A stretch of 43,193 nucleotides of DNA, taken from positions 1 through 43,193 of the forward strand of contig JAJFLN010000112.1 in the NCBI GenBank assembly GCA_021772705.1. The letters are read 5' to 3'. Both the position numbers and the translations under genes were made by a program. The DNA comes from Candidatus Cloacimonadota bacterium. GTDB lineage: Bacteria; Muiribacteriota; UBA6191; JACPRK01. Every line of letters begins with the position of its first letter. Positions within the stretch are counted from its first letter, which is position 1. Of the stretch, positions 8,310-16,801 are shown piece after piece. The notes under the pieces were generated by a model, which did not search any database, was not told the origin of the DNA, and was given only the letters and a program-made list of their open reading frames with translations.

Positions 8310-9271
8310 GATGAGGGTAGACCTGCCCGGTCCGCCACGGCGTCAGCGAGCAACCTGGGCCGAAGGTCGTCCAGATCACCCAGGAGGTTCGCCTGTTTCA
8401 ACTCGTGGTACAGCTGGGCAAGGGGGGGCAGATCGAGGCCAAGGCGGTCGAGAAGCGACGGGTCCTGGAAGAACTCGGTGCGGGGCCCGTCGAAGACGAT
8501 CCGGCCCCGGTCCATCGCGATGATCCGGTCGGCGCCCAGCAACTCTTCGAGCAGGTGTGTGATCTGGATGATCGTGATGCCTTGATTCACCTTCAGGTCT
8601 CGCGCGACCTGGAGCAGCTCCTCACGACCGGCGGGATCGAGCATGGCCGTGGCCTCGTCGAGGACCATGTGAGAGGGGCGCATTGCCAGGACTCCCGCCA
8701 CGGCCAGGCGCTGTTTCTGTCCCCCGGAGAGAGTCATGGGAGAGCGGCGAGCCAGCTCGGAGAGCCCCGTGTGTGACAGGGCCCATTCCACCCGTTCCTG
8801 AATGGCTTCGGTCTCGAGCCCCATGTTTTCGGGGCCGAAGGCGACGTCGTCCTCGACGATGCTTCCCACGATCTGATTGTCCGGGTTCTGGAATACCATC
8901 CCTACCCTCTGTCGGATGAGGGCCAGATTCTCGGGCCGGGCCGTGTCCAAGCCGTCGACGACCACTCGTCCCTGGCTCGGCACGAGCAACCCGTTGGTGA
9001 GCTTCGCCAGGGTCGACTTGCAAGACCCGTTGGAACCGACGAGGCCGATGTGCTCACCATCGACGATCTCGAGATCGACGTGGGCCAGCAACCGAGGGCC
9101 GCCGGGGTAATTGAAATGAACGTCGGAGAACTCGATCACTGGTTTCGGGTCCTCCGGTCGAGGGAGGGAGGGGTACAGAGGCAAGGATACATCACAAACT
9201 TCATGAGCATTGAGCCCGCAGACCATATAGCATGGGGGGAGATGCCCGTGATACGGGTCACCCGAATTCAA
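8306..9271 (-). CDS. ABC transporter ATP-binding protein, EcfA1-like
   Basis: Walker A GSNGSCKST, FQNPDNQIV, signature LSGGQKQR, Walker B MVLDEATAMLD. 4-nt overlap with the downstream ATPase. The N-terminal ~45 aa may be over-extended (alternative start at 9226). Confidence 0.8.
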   Translation of the reverse strand: MNSGDPYHGHLPPCYMVCGLNAHEVCDVSLPLYPSLPRPEDPKPVIEFSDVHFNYPGGPRLLAHVDLEIVDGEHIGLVGSNGSCKSTLAKLTNGLLVPSQGRVVVDGLDTARPENLALIRQRVGMVFQNPDNQIVGSIVEDDVAFGPENMGLETEAIQERVEWALSHTGLSELARRSPMTLSGGQKQRLAVAGVLAMRPSHMVLDEATAMLDPAGREELLQVARDLKVNQGITIIQITHLLEELLGADRIIAMDRGRIVFDGPRTEFFQDPSLLDRLGLDLPPLAQLYHELKQANLLGDLDDLRPRLLADAVADRAGLPSS

Positions 9272-9370
9272 GGATACTCGGGTGCCGGAAGAGTCCCACC
9301 CGGATCGGGTCCCGTCGGGTCATGAACAGAAACAGCGGGCCCCGGAGCAGGTAGTGATCCCCCCAATCGA

Positions 9371-12082
9371 ATGCGAGCGAAGCTCCTCTTCAATATCGCG
9401 GAGGTCGTCCTCCACAGACCTTATGTGATGCTTGCCCTGGTGGCTAGCATCACCCTGGGTTGCATCGCCTACTCCTCGTCTCTCCCATACAGTTCGAGCC
9501 GGATCGACCTGATTCCTCCGGATCATCCCGCCAGAATTCAATTCCTGGAGGTGGTCAAGGAGTTCGGTCCCCAGAACTCGATTGTCGTCGTCGTCGAGGG
9601 AGGCGGCCAGGACCGGCGCCGCCAGTTCATCGAGACCTCCTCGGGCCGGCTCAAGTCGGACCCGGAGTTCCGGGGCACGATCCTGGATCGAATCGACCTG
9701 CAGCCCATGCGCAGTCGCGGTCCTTACTATCTGGAGCGGGATCAACTGACGACCATGTTTGCGGACATCCAGGAGAACGAGCCCTTCCTGGATGCATTGC
9801 CGGACTTGGGAATGGCCTTGCGGGCCATGAATCGCCGCCTCGAGGCTACGAGGAACCTGGGGTACAACGCCCTCGAGAAGATCATCCCCAATTGTGAAAA
9901 GATAGGACTGCTGTTCAAAAACATGAACCAGCAGCTCGGCGGCAAGACCCTGGATCGCAAGAGCTGGGAGAGCTTCCTGGGGGTCGGGCCCATCTCCGCC
10001 CTCGAGCTGTTTGACGAGGCAGGGTTCCTGGCCTCCAGGGACGGGTCCACCCATTTCGTCTTCCTGACGCCGGATCGGCAGAGTGAAGAGCTGGATTATC
10101 TGGTTCCCCTGGTGGCGCGAATCAGGGGCCACCTGTCAGCGGCCGAAAGTCCCGGTTCCCCGGTTCAGTGGAGTCTGACCGGGATTCCAATCTCTGTCCT
10201 CGACGAGTTCGAGAGCACCGAGAAGGATCTGCCTCGATCCACTGCTGCCGCTATTCTCGCGAACATCCTGATCTTGCTGATCGGACTTCGCCATCGTCCC
10301 CTTCTGGCTCTCATTGCCATGCTCAGCCTCGGCGCTGGCATCGCCTGGACCCGGGCATTCGCCAAGCTGACCGTGGGCTACCTGAACCTGGTCTCCTCGG
10401 TTTTCATCCTGTTCCTGCTTGGGATGGGCATCAACTACGGCATCTACTTCGCCACCCGGTTCGACGTTGAGAGGCGCAGGGGTCTGGACCTGCAGACCGT
10501 GATGAGAAAGGTCTTCCGCGAGCAGGGCAGAGGGATCTTGACTTCTGCTCTGGCCGGGAGCCTGGCATTCTTCACACTCTGTCTGTCCCCTTTCAAGGGT
10601 TTCCAAGAGCTGGGTCTGATAGCTGGAACGGGTCTGATTCTCTGCCTCGTGGCAGGGACCCTGCTCATGCCTCCCCTGATCTTGCTGATAGGCAAGCGGG
10701 TCGAGACGAGTTACCCCGTGGAGCGGCATATCTTCCGGCGAATCGTCAGGGCCGTCGAGAGCCATCCCTACCGGCTCGTTGCCCTGTTCACGGCTCTCAC
10801 TCTCTACACGGCCAGCATCGGAGATCTCTTTCCCTTCGACTACGATCTGAATCGAATGCTGCCTCGCGGGGCAGAGTCCCTCGTGGCGGGCGAAAAGCTC
10901 CGTGCAGCCCGAACTCTGTCACCGTTATCGGCGATCGTCGTCTGTGATGACCTGGAAGAGCTCTACAGGAAAGACAAGTACTTGCGAGCCCGGAGCGATG
11001 TGGGTCTCACTCTCTCCTGGGCGACATTCGTCCCGGCGGGGCTGGACCAGAAGCAGAAACTCCTGGCGGACCTTCGTCATCACCTGAGACGGAATCTGGC
11101 AGTGGAGGAGACCGCTGAAAACCAAGACGAGCGGCAAATCGGACGCCAGCTGGACGAGCTGGAGACCAGTCTGGCGAACTCCCTGGAACTGTTTCGTGCT
11201 CTGCAGTTCGCACGGGAGGCGCAGGCGGCGGAACAGGCCCATGATGAGGTGACAAGTTTCCGGGAGACACTGGCCCGTCTGCCGAAAACAGGCCGGTCAA
11301 CTCAGCTTTCAATCCTGGGAACTCAGCTGCACAACAGCTGGCAGGATCTGGCCACGGAGGTCGAGGAATGGGCCCAGATCAAACCACCGAGTGACGATCT
11401 GGTACCCGAGGGCCTGCGTCGACGCCTGCGGAGTGAAGGGGGCCGTTATGCCCTGATAGTCAGTCCAGCCGCCGACATCAATCAGAAGCAGGCCTTCGAG
11501 CGGTTCCACGCCGCCGTGTCGGAGGTGGACCAGGACCCGACCGGATATCCTGTGATCATCCACACCATGATCGGGCTTCTGCCTCAGGTGCTTCAGGAGG
11601 TCATGGTCGAGGCTCTCCTCCTGATCGCGGCGTTGCTGATCCTGGACCTGCGTAATGTTCGGCGCCTGTTGCTGACCCTGTTCCCTGTGGTGGTCGGCTC
11701 CATCTGGCTCATGGGACTCATGAAGTTGATGGGATTGAAGTACAACCCCGTGAATTTCCTGGCCTTGCCGATGATCCTCGGCATCGGGATCGAGAACGGG
11801 GTGAACTTCGTCCACGGCTTCCGGGACGAGGACAGCGCCGAGGCTCTGGAGACCCAGGGCCGGGGAATGTTGCTGTCGGCTGGCACCAGTATCGTCGGTT
11901 TCCAGGCCCTGGCCCTCGTATCCCACCGCGGACTGGCCAGCTTTGGCCTACTGCTCACTCTCGGAACTCTGACCTGTCTGGTCGCCTCTCTGTTCTTCCT
12001 GCCGGCGGTGGTGGAGATCGAGTCTCGCAGGGCTCAAATCTTCTCCTGGCTGCGGAACCTGATGGGACATCGGTTCTATTGA
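9371..12082 (+). CDS. MMPL / RND-superfamily transporter (HpnN-like lipid exporter)
   Basis: 903 aa. Two TM bundles, each preceded by a large soluble loop. Conserved GINYGIYFATRF and GIGIENGVNFVHGF motifs. Paralogue of 16802..19543. Confidence 0.8.
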   Translation: MRAKLLFNIAEVVLHRPYVMLALVASITLGCIAYSSSLPYSSSRIDLIPPDHPARIQFLEVVKEFGPQNSIVVVVEGGGQDRRRQFIETSSGRLKSDPEFRGTILDRIDLQPMRSRGPYYLERDQLTTMFADIQENEPFLDALPDLGMALRAMNRRLEATRNLGYNALEKIIPNCEKIGLLFKNMNQQLGGKTLDRKSWESFLGVGPISALELFDEAGFLASRDGSTHFVFLTPDRQSEELDYLVPLVARIRGHLSAAESPGSPVQWSLTGIPISVLDEFESTEKDLPRSTAAAILANILILLIGLRHRPLLALIAMLSLGAGIAWTRAFAKLTVGYLNLVSSVFILFLLGMGINYGIYFATRFDVERRRGLDLQTVMRKVFREQGRGILTSALAGSLAFFTLCLSPFKGFQELGLIAGTGLILCLVAGTLLMPPLILLIGKRVETSYPVERHIFRRIVRAVESHPYRLVALFTALTLYTASIGDLFPFDYDLNRMLPRGAESLVAGEKLRAARTLSPLSAIVVCDDLEELYRKDKYLRARSDVGLTLSWATFVPAGLDQKQKLLADLRHHLRRNLAVEETAENQDERQIGRQLDELETSLANSLELFRALQFAREAQAAEQAHDEVTSFRETLARLPKTGRSTQLSILGTQLHNSWQDLATEVEEWAQIKPPSDDLVPEGLRRRLRSEGGRYALIVSPAADINQKQAFERFHAAVSEVDQDPTGYPVIIHTMIGLLPQVLQEVMVEALLLIAALLILDLRNVRRLLLTLFPVVVGSIWLMGLMKLMGLKYNPVNFLALPMILGIGIENGVNFVHGFRDEDSAEALETQGRGMLLSAGTSIVGFQALALVSHRGLASFGLLLTLGTLTCLVASLFFLPAVVEIESRRAQIFSWLRNLMGHRFY

Positions 12083-12825
12083 AAGGCAGCTCCCGTCAGT
12101 GTGCTAGGCTTGCCTCGATGATCCGGAAGCGGTTCGTGAAGATCGAGCGGGGAGTCGCGTCGAAAGAGCGATTCGATCGGGTCTTGCCCGATCACCTCAG
12201 ATGGACCGAGGAGCTGGACCGGCAGGGGCGGAATGTCTTCGATGGTTACTGGAGCGAGAGAGGGGGGGGCATGATGATCTTCGATGCCGCCTCGATGGAC
12301 GAAGCCCGGGACCTGATCGCCAAGGACCCCTTTGTCGTCGAAGGCTGTGTCGAGTTCGAGTTGAAGGAATGGTGTGTCGTCTCCGAACCGAGAGGGCCGA
12401 TTCCCTCTCCCGGCAGGCATCCCGGCTTTCATCATGTAGCCTTGAGAGTGGTTGATCTGGCCCGGTCCGAGGCGTTCTACGTCGACGGCTTCGGCATGCG
12501 CGTCGAGTGGAGGCCCGACGAGGACAACGTCTATCTCACTTCGGGGCGAGACAATCTGGCCCTCCACCGGCTCGAGCGCATCCGAGATCCCCAGGAGCCC
12601 GATCTCAGCTTGGATCACATCGGTTTCGTAGTTCGCTGCCCGGAGGACGTGGACGCCTTTGCAGACCGCATGAAGGCCCTGAAGGCTCCATTCCGGCATT
12701 CCATCAAGACTCACCGTGACGGTGCCCGCTCGTGCTACGTCGGCGACCCGGACGGCAACACGGTGCAGATCATCTATCATCCGCCCTTGTCGGGATCCGT
12801 CCCGCCTGCAGCGGCGGAGGAGTGA
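12079..12825 (+). CDS. YCII-like domain fused to VOC/glyoxalase-family domain
   Basis: N-half: HLRWTEELDRQGRNVFDGYW...DEARDLIAKDPFVVEGCVEFELKEW (YCII-like). C-half: FHHVALRVVDLARSEAFYVDGFGM...LDHIGFVV...DPDGNTVQII (VOC). TTG 12079 overlaps the MMPL stop (TTGA). ATG 12118 is an alternative. Confidence 0.7.
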   Translation: MKGSSRQCARLASMIRKRFVKIERGVASKERFDRVLPDHLRWTEELDRQGRNVFDGYWSERGGGMMIFDAASMDEARDLIAKDPFVVEGCVEFELKEWCVVSEPRGPIPSPGRHPGFHHVALRVVDLARSEAFYVDGFGMRVEWRPDEDNVYLTSGRDNLALHRLERIRDPQEPDLSLDHIGFVVRCPEDVDAFADRMKALKAPFRHSIKTHRDGARSCYVGDPDGNTVQIIYHPPLSGSVPPAAAEE

Positions 12826-12837
12826 AGCAGGCCGGCG

Positions 12838-14844
12838 ATGTCGAAGGTGGCGGCACGAGCCTCGGAGGAACTGTCCCGTTTGCAGGGCAGAATCGGCCGC
12901 TCGCTCATGCTCTCTGGCTTGGTCCTGGTCCTAGGTCTAGCTCTGGGTCTTCCCCTGGTCGGTCTCCTGGTGCAGAAGGTGACCGTCGCCCGTCTTGACG
13001 GCGCCGCCTTCCAGATCGAATGCGCCGGACTCAAGACCCATCTGGTTCAGGCCATACCAGTCGGGCTCGATCGATACCGTCTCTACTTCGTGCTCCTCGA
13101 TGGTAAGAACGCGCCGGTCCGGTCGTTGCGACGGGAGAGCATTGGCCTTTCGGCTGAACCGGTGGGTCCTGTTGACGATTTTGATCTGACGGCAGCAGCC
13201 AAGGATCCGCTGACACTGCTCGTGGCTGTCGATACGAGCAACGAGATGACACTCGACAATCGAATGGGCGCTGTACAGGACGGTGTCCGGGAGTGGCTAC
13301 AGGGCCTGGAGGTATCCCGGCTGGGACTGATTTCATTCGGGAACCAGGCCCGGGTAGAGCGGGAAGTCGACATCAATAGGCCCCGATTCCTGAGAGCTCT
13401 GGATCGAGTCATCGCCGGAGGCGAGCGGGCCATGTATGACGCCGTGGCCTCCTCCGCAGGCCAGGCCTGGGGCCTGAATTCACGCTCTGCTCTGGTCTTG
13501 ATCACCAGCGGAGAAGACCGTTCCAGCAAGGTCCGTCTCACGGAGGCAGCATCCCGAGCCCGCAACTCGTCGCTTCCGGTCTTCGTCGTCGGTGTGGGCC
13601 CTAAGGTCCCGCGAGCGTCGCTGGAGAAGCTTGCCGTCGAGACTCGCGGGCGGGCTTTCTTTGCCCCCACTTTTGTTGACTTACCATCGACGCTGACCGC
13701 CGTGTCGGAGTGGCTCACGGCGGAGTTCCGGATTCAGGTGCCTGCCGTGCTGCCCTGGGCGAGGGCCCCGATCTGGATCGCTGGTTCCATGGGCATCTGC
13801 GCCCTGTTCCTGATCGTTCTTTATCTTTCCGTGACCCGCTGGCTAAAGCTCCCTCGTCTCGTCGTTCTCGGAGGGCCCAAGCACGGCACGTCAGTTCACC
13901 TGGCCTCGGACATCATTGTCTGCGGCAGTGATCCGGGATGTCACCTGCAGGTACCGGGGGATCCGAAGACCACGGCCGGACGAAGATTCGCCATGGAGCG
14001 GCGAGGGGGCGTGGTGTCGTTCCACCTGCTGGATCCCAGCGGGGGTACTGCCGTGAACCGAGCCGTCGTGGAGTCACGCGACCTGATGACGGGGGACATC
14101 ATCAAGGCCGGCCTGGCCCGATTCGTGTTCTTCCGCTACGAGTCGCAAGGCAACTGGGGAGGGCTGGGAGGCGCCCCAGGGACCTCTGCCAGCCAGCGGG
14201 TCCAAAAAGTTTGCTGGCTCGTCTCCTCCGATGGGGGACCGGCTTTCGCTGTAGAGCGGGACAGAACCCGGGTCGGCCGGGAGCCGGACAACGAGATCGT
14301 CCTGGAGGACCCGTCGGTCTCCCGACGGCACGCAGAGTTCATACGGACCGAAGAAGGACTGTTCATCGCCGACCTGGGAAGCCGGAACGGCACCTATCTG
14401 GAGAAGTCGCGAGTGGGTTCTCAGGCCCCGCTGTTCGAGAACACTCGTCTGCGGTTCGGCCGTGTGAAGTTCCGGATCAAGCTGGAGCCTCCCGGCGAGG
14501 AGCTGAGCGACGCGGAGGAAATCGGAGTTGCGGCGATAGCCTCCATCGAGTCTGCTGATGGAAACATCGACGACACGGCGCCTGACATGATGCAGGAGCG
14601 AAGAGCTGGCCAGGACGACCCGGCAGGGCAGGCATCACAGGAGCCAGTGGACCCTGTGGATCGGCCTGATCTGCCCGATGTCGGGGGAGAGCAGAAGCCC
14701 GGCGGCGCTGACACCCTCAGCTGCCCCGTATGTAGTCATATCAATCGAACAACGGCGAAGTACTGTACACAGTGCGGAGAAAAGCTGACGCCGGCAGTCG
14801 GACCCGATTCGAAAGGCGAACGGGACGATCTCGCCGGCGAGTGA
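12838..14844 (+). CDS. Membrane protein: N-terminal anchor, vWA domain, TM segment, two FHA domains, C-terminal zinc ribbon
   Basis: vWA LLVAVDTSNEM...LVLITSGEDRSS...VFVVGVG. TM WIAGSMGICALFLIVLYLSV. FHA-like LVVLGGPKHGTSVHLASDIIVCGSD and canonical RVGREPDNEIVLEDPSVSRRHAEF...GSRNGTYL. CPVCSHINRTTAKYCTQCG. Confidence 0.8.
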   Translation: MSKVAARASEELSRLQGRIGRSLMLSGLVLVLGLALGLPLVGLLVQKVTVARLDGAAFQIECAGLKTHLVQAIPVGLDRYRLYFVLLDGKNAPVRSLRRESIGLSAEPVGPVDDFDLTAAAKDPLTLLVAVDTSNEMTLDNRMGAVQDGVREWLQGLEVSRLGLISFGNQARVEREVDINRPRFLRALDRVIAGGERAMYDAVASSAGQAWGLNSRSALVLITSGEDRSSKVRLTEAASRARNSSLPVFVVGVGPKVPRASLEKLAVETRGRAFFAPTFVDLPSTLTAVSEWLTAEFRIQVPAVLPWARAPIWIAGSMGICALFLIVLYLSVTRWLKLPRLVVLGGPKHGTSVHLASDIIVCGSDPGCHLQVPGDPKTTAGRRFAMERRGGVVSFHLLDPSGGTAVNRAVVESRDLMTGDIIKAGLARFVFFRYESQGNWGGLGGAPGTSASQRVQKVCWLVSSDGGPAFAVERDRTRVGREPDNEIVLEDPSVSRRHAEFIRTEEGLFIADLGSRNGTYLEKSRVGSQAPLFENTRLRFGRVKFRIKLEPPGEELSDAEEIGVAAIASIESADGNIDDTAPDMMQERRAGQDDPAGQASQEPVDPVDRPDLPDVGGEQKPGGADTLSCPVCSHINRTTAKYCTQCGEKLTPAVGPDSKGERDDLAGE

Positions 14845-14859
14845 AGGAGCGGCACGTTC

Positions 14860-15501
14860 ATGCGAATCTGCGAGAGCTGCAAACACGAGAACGAGGAGAA
14901 CAGCCGGTTTTGCGAGAGCTGCGGCTCGACCCTGGAACAGCCAACCAGCGGAGGTGGGGTGATCGGCAGCTGTCCCGCTTGCCACGAACCGGTGGCTCCT
15001 GGCAGCCGGTTCTGCACTCGATGTGGACAGAAGCTCTCCCCACCCAGAGAAGAAGGAGCCGACTCCCAGGCCTGTCCGGCCTGTGACGCTCCTGTCATGG
15101 AGACGGACTACTACTGTGGCCGCTGCGGCACAGGGATCGATCACCTGTCCCCCGGAGAGGCAACAGATCCCATCGGTGTGCCCGTGCCGGTCTCGGTGGA
15201 AGGCGCCCGTCTTCTCGTGCTGGCGGGCAGGGAGAAGGATCGAGTCTACTCCCTGGGTCGAGAAGTCCTCACCATCGGCCGGGCCAGAGACAATGACGTT
15301 TCGACCGATACGGATTGTTACGTCTCCAACGTCCACGCCAGGATTCTCTACAAGGACGGCAGTTACTACGTCGAGGATGCCGACAGCATCAACGGGACAT
15401 TCCTGAAGGTGCGCGGCAACACACATCTCAGTCACGGTGACGAGTTGAAGATTGGTCAATCTCTCCTTCGATTCGAGTCTGGCAACGCCGACACGGACTG
15501 A
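14860..15501 (+). CDS. Triple zinc-ribbon plus FHA domain protein
   Basis: CESCKHENEENSRFCESCG, CPACHEPVAPGSRFCTRCG, CPACDAPVMETDYYCGRCG. FHA LTIGRARDNDVSTDTDCYVSNVHARILYKDGSYYVEDADSINGTFL. AAGGAG SD upstream. Confidence 0.85.
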   Translation: MRICESCKHENEENSRFCESCGSTLEQPTSGGGVIGSCPACHEPVAPGSRFCTRCGQKLSPPREEGADSQACPACDAPVMETDYYCGRCGTGIDHLSPGEATDPIGVPVPVSVEGARLLVLAGREKDRVYSLGREVLTIGRARDNDVSTDTDCYVSNVHARILYKDGSYYVEDADSINGTFLKVRGNTHLSHGDELKIGQSLLRFESGNADTD

Positions 15502-15607
15502 TTAAGAATGGTGAAACGGGTTACTGTCCTCCCTCGGTCTCGATGTGGCATGATGCCGACGGGACCTGGATAGAGGCGACGCCGCCCAGAAGAATCACGG
15601 AAAGGCC

Positions 15608-16510
15608 ATGCTGCTCGAGGCACGAACTCACGTCGGAATGCAACGGGATCACAACGAGGATGGGATCCTCGTGACGTCGTTCTCCTTCTGCGAGTCCGAC
15701 AAGGCCCAGGAGTATCACCTGGCAGTCCTGTCTGATGGAATGGGCGGGGCTGCTGCCGGCGAAGTTGCCAGCGCACTGACCATCGATACCATCGTACGAG
15801 AAGTCTACCTGTCCTTGCTGGAAGCTCACATGAACAAGGACCAGAACTTCGTCAATCTGAGACGAATCCTGTTCTATGCCGTCGAGCGGGCAAACGAGCG
15901 GGTCTACACCGCCTCTCGTGAGAACCAGAGCTACTACGGCATGGGAGCCACGGTGGTCACCTCCATCGCCTGCCAAGGCAGGATCTACTTCGGCCATGTG
16001 GGGGATTCCCGGGTCTATCGCCTCCGCAAAGGCGAACTGAAGCAGATCACGGAGGACCACTCATTCGTCAACGAGTTGATGAAGGAGGGGAGGATCACCG
16101 CCGAGGAGGCGAGACACCACCCTCGGAAGAACGTGATCACCCGGGCCGTCGGGTCCCGGCAACGAGTGAAGGTCGACAGTCTGGTGGGTACACTTCACGA
16201 GGACGACCTCTATATGCTTTGCTCCGATGGGCTATCGGGGATGATTGAAGACCCGGAAATCGAGGACGTCCTGACGAAGTGGTCTGGAGGCCAGGACAGC
16301 CTGCAAGACCTCTCGAAGGAGCTCATCGATAGAGCCAACCGTGCCGGCGGAAACGACAACATCAGTGTTGAGCTGATGGCTGTGGAAGACGGGGATATCC
16401 CGGATCCCCTGCCGGACCAGATCGCCCTCGACCCGAGCCACGTACTGACCTGGGACGAAGCCGCCCAGCTCGGAATCCCGGACCAGGGTTTCGTAGAGAT
16501 CGACGTCTAA
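15608..16510 (+). CDS. PP2C-family Ser/Thr protein phosphatase
   Basis: RTHVGMQRDHNEDG, SDGMGGAAAGEVAS, GDSRVYRL, LCSDGLSGM, GGNDNISV. Confidence 0.9.
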   Translation: MLLEARTHVGMQRDHNEDGILVTSFSFCESDKAQEYHLAVLSDGMGGAAAGEVASALTIDTIVREVYLSLLEAHMNKDQNFVNLRRILFYAVERANERVYTASRENQSYYGMGATVVTSIACQGRIYFGHVGDSRVYRLRKGELKQITEDHSFVNELMKEGRITAEEARHHPRKNVITRAVGSRQRVKVDSLVGTLHEDDLYMLCSDGLSGMIEDPEIEDVLTKWSGGQDSLQDLSKELIDRANRAGGNDNISVELMAVEDGDIPDPLPDQIALDPSHVLTWDEAAQLGIPDQGFVEIDV

Positions 16511-16539
16511 TGTGGTGGTTATAACGCTTCTTTCCTTAT

Positions 16540-16780
16540 CCGTTCGTGCCGAGCTTGTCGAGGCACAGAGCGCCGTTTCGCGGACCGCCCCCTCTCCTGA
16601 GCTTGCCGAAGGGTCAGACGATATGGCCACCCGCCCCGTCCATCCCCTTCGGCGTGGCTCAGGACATGCTTCGACAGGCTCAGGACGAACGGATCGGGAA
16701 AACTCGGCCATTCAGTCGTCCTGGATGCGGGCATCCATAGTAGGACGAACGGAACTGGAAAACTCGGCCATTCAGTCGTC
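16540..16780. repeat. REP/MITE-like nested palindromic element plus 39-nt direct repeat
   Basis: Outer inverted repeat 16540-16565 (ccgttcgtgccgagcttgtcgaggca) with 16667-16692. Inner inverted repeat 16595-16613 (tcctgagcttgccgaaggg) with 16645-16664. Direct repeats 16682-16720 and 16742-16780 are 37/39 identical. Pseudo-translation gives the FVLSLSKH / LRQAQERG-type strings typical of this repeat class. Confidence 0.8.
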
Positions 16781-16801
16781 TGTAAAGGAAACAGCGGCCC
16801 C

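Noticed and set aside
16682-16780. Possible CRISPR array, based on two 39-nt direct repeats with a 60-nt period
   Set aside because: There are only two copies. The intervening 21 nt is too short for a spacer. The repeats are part of a larger palindromic element, and no cas genes are in the window.
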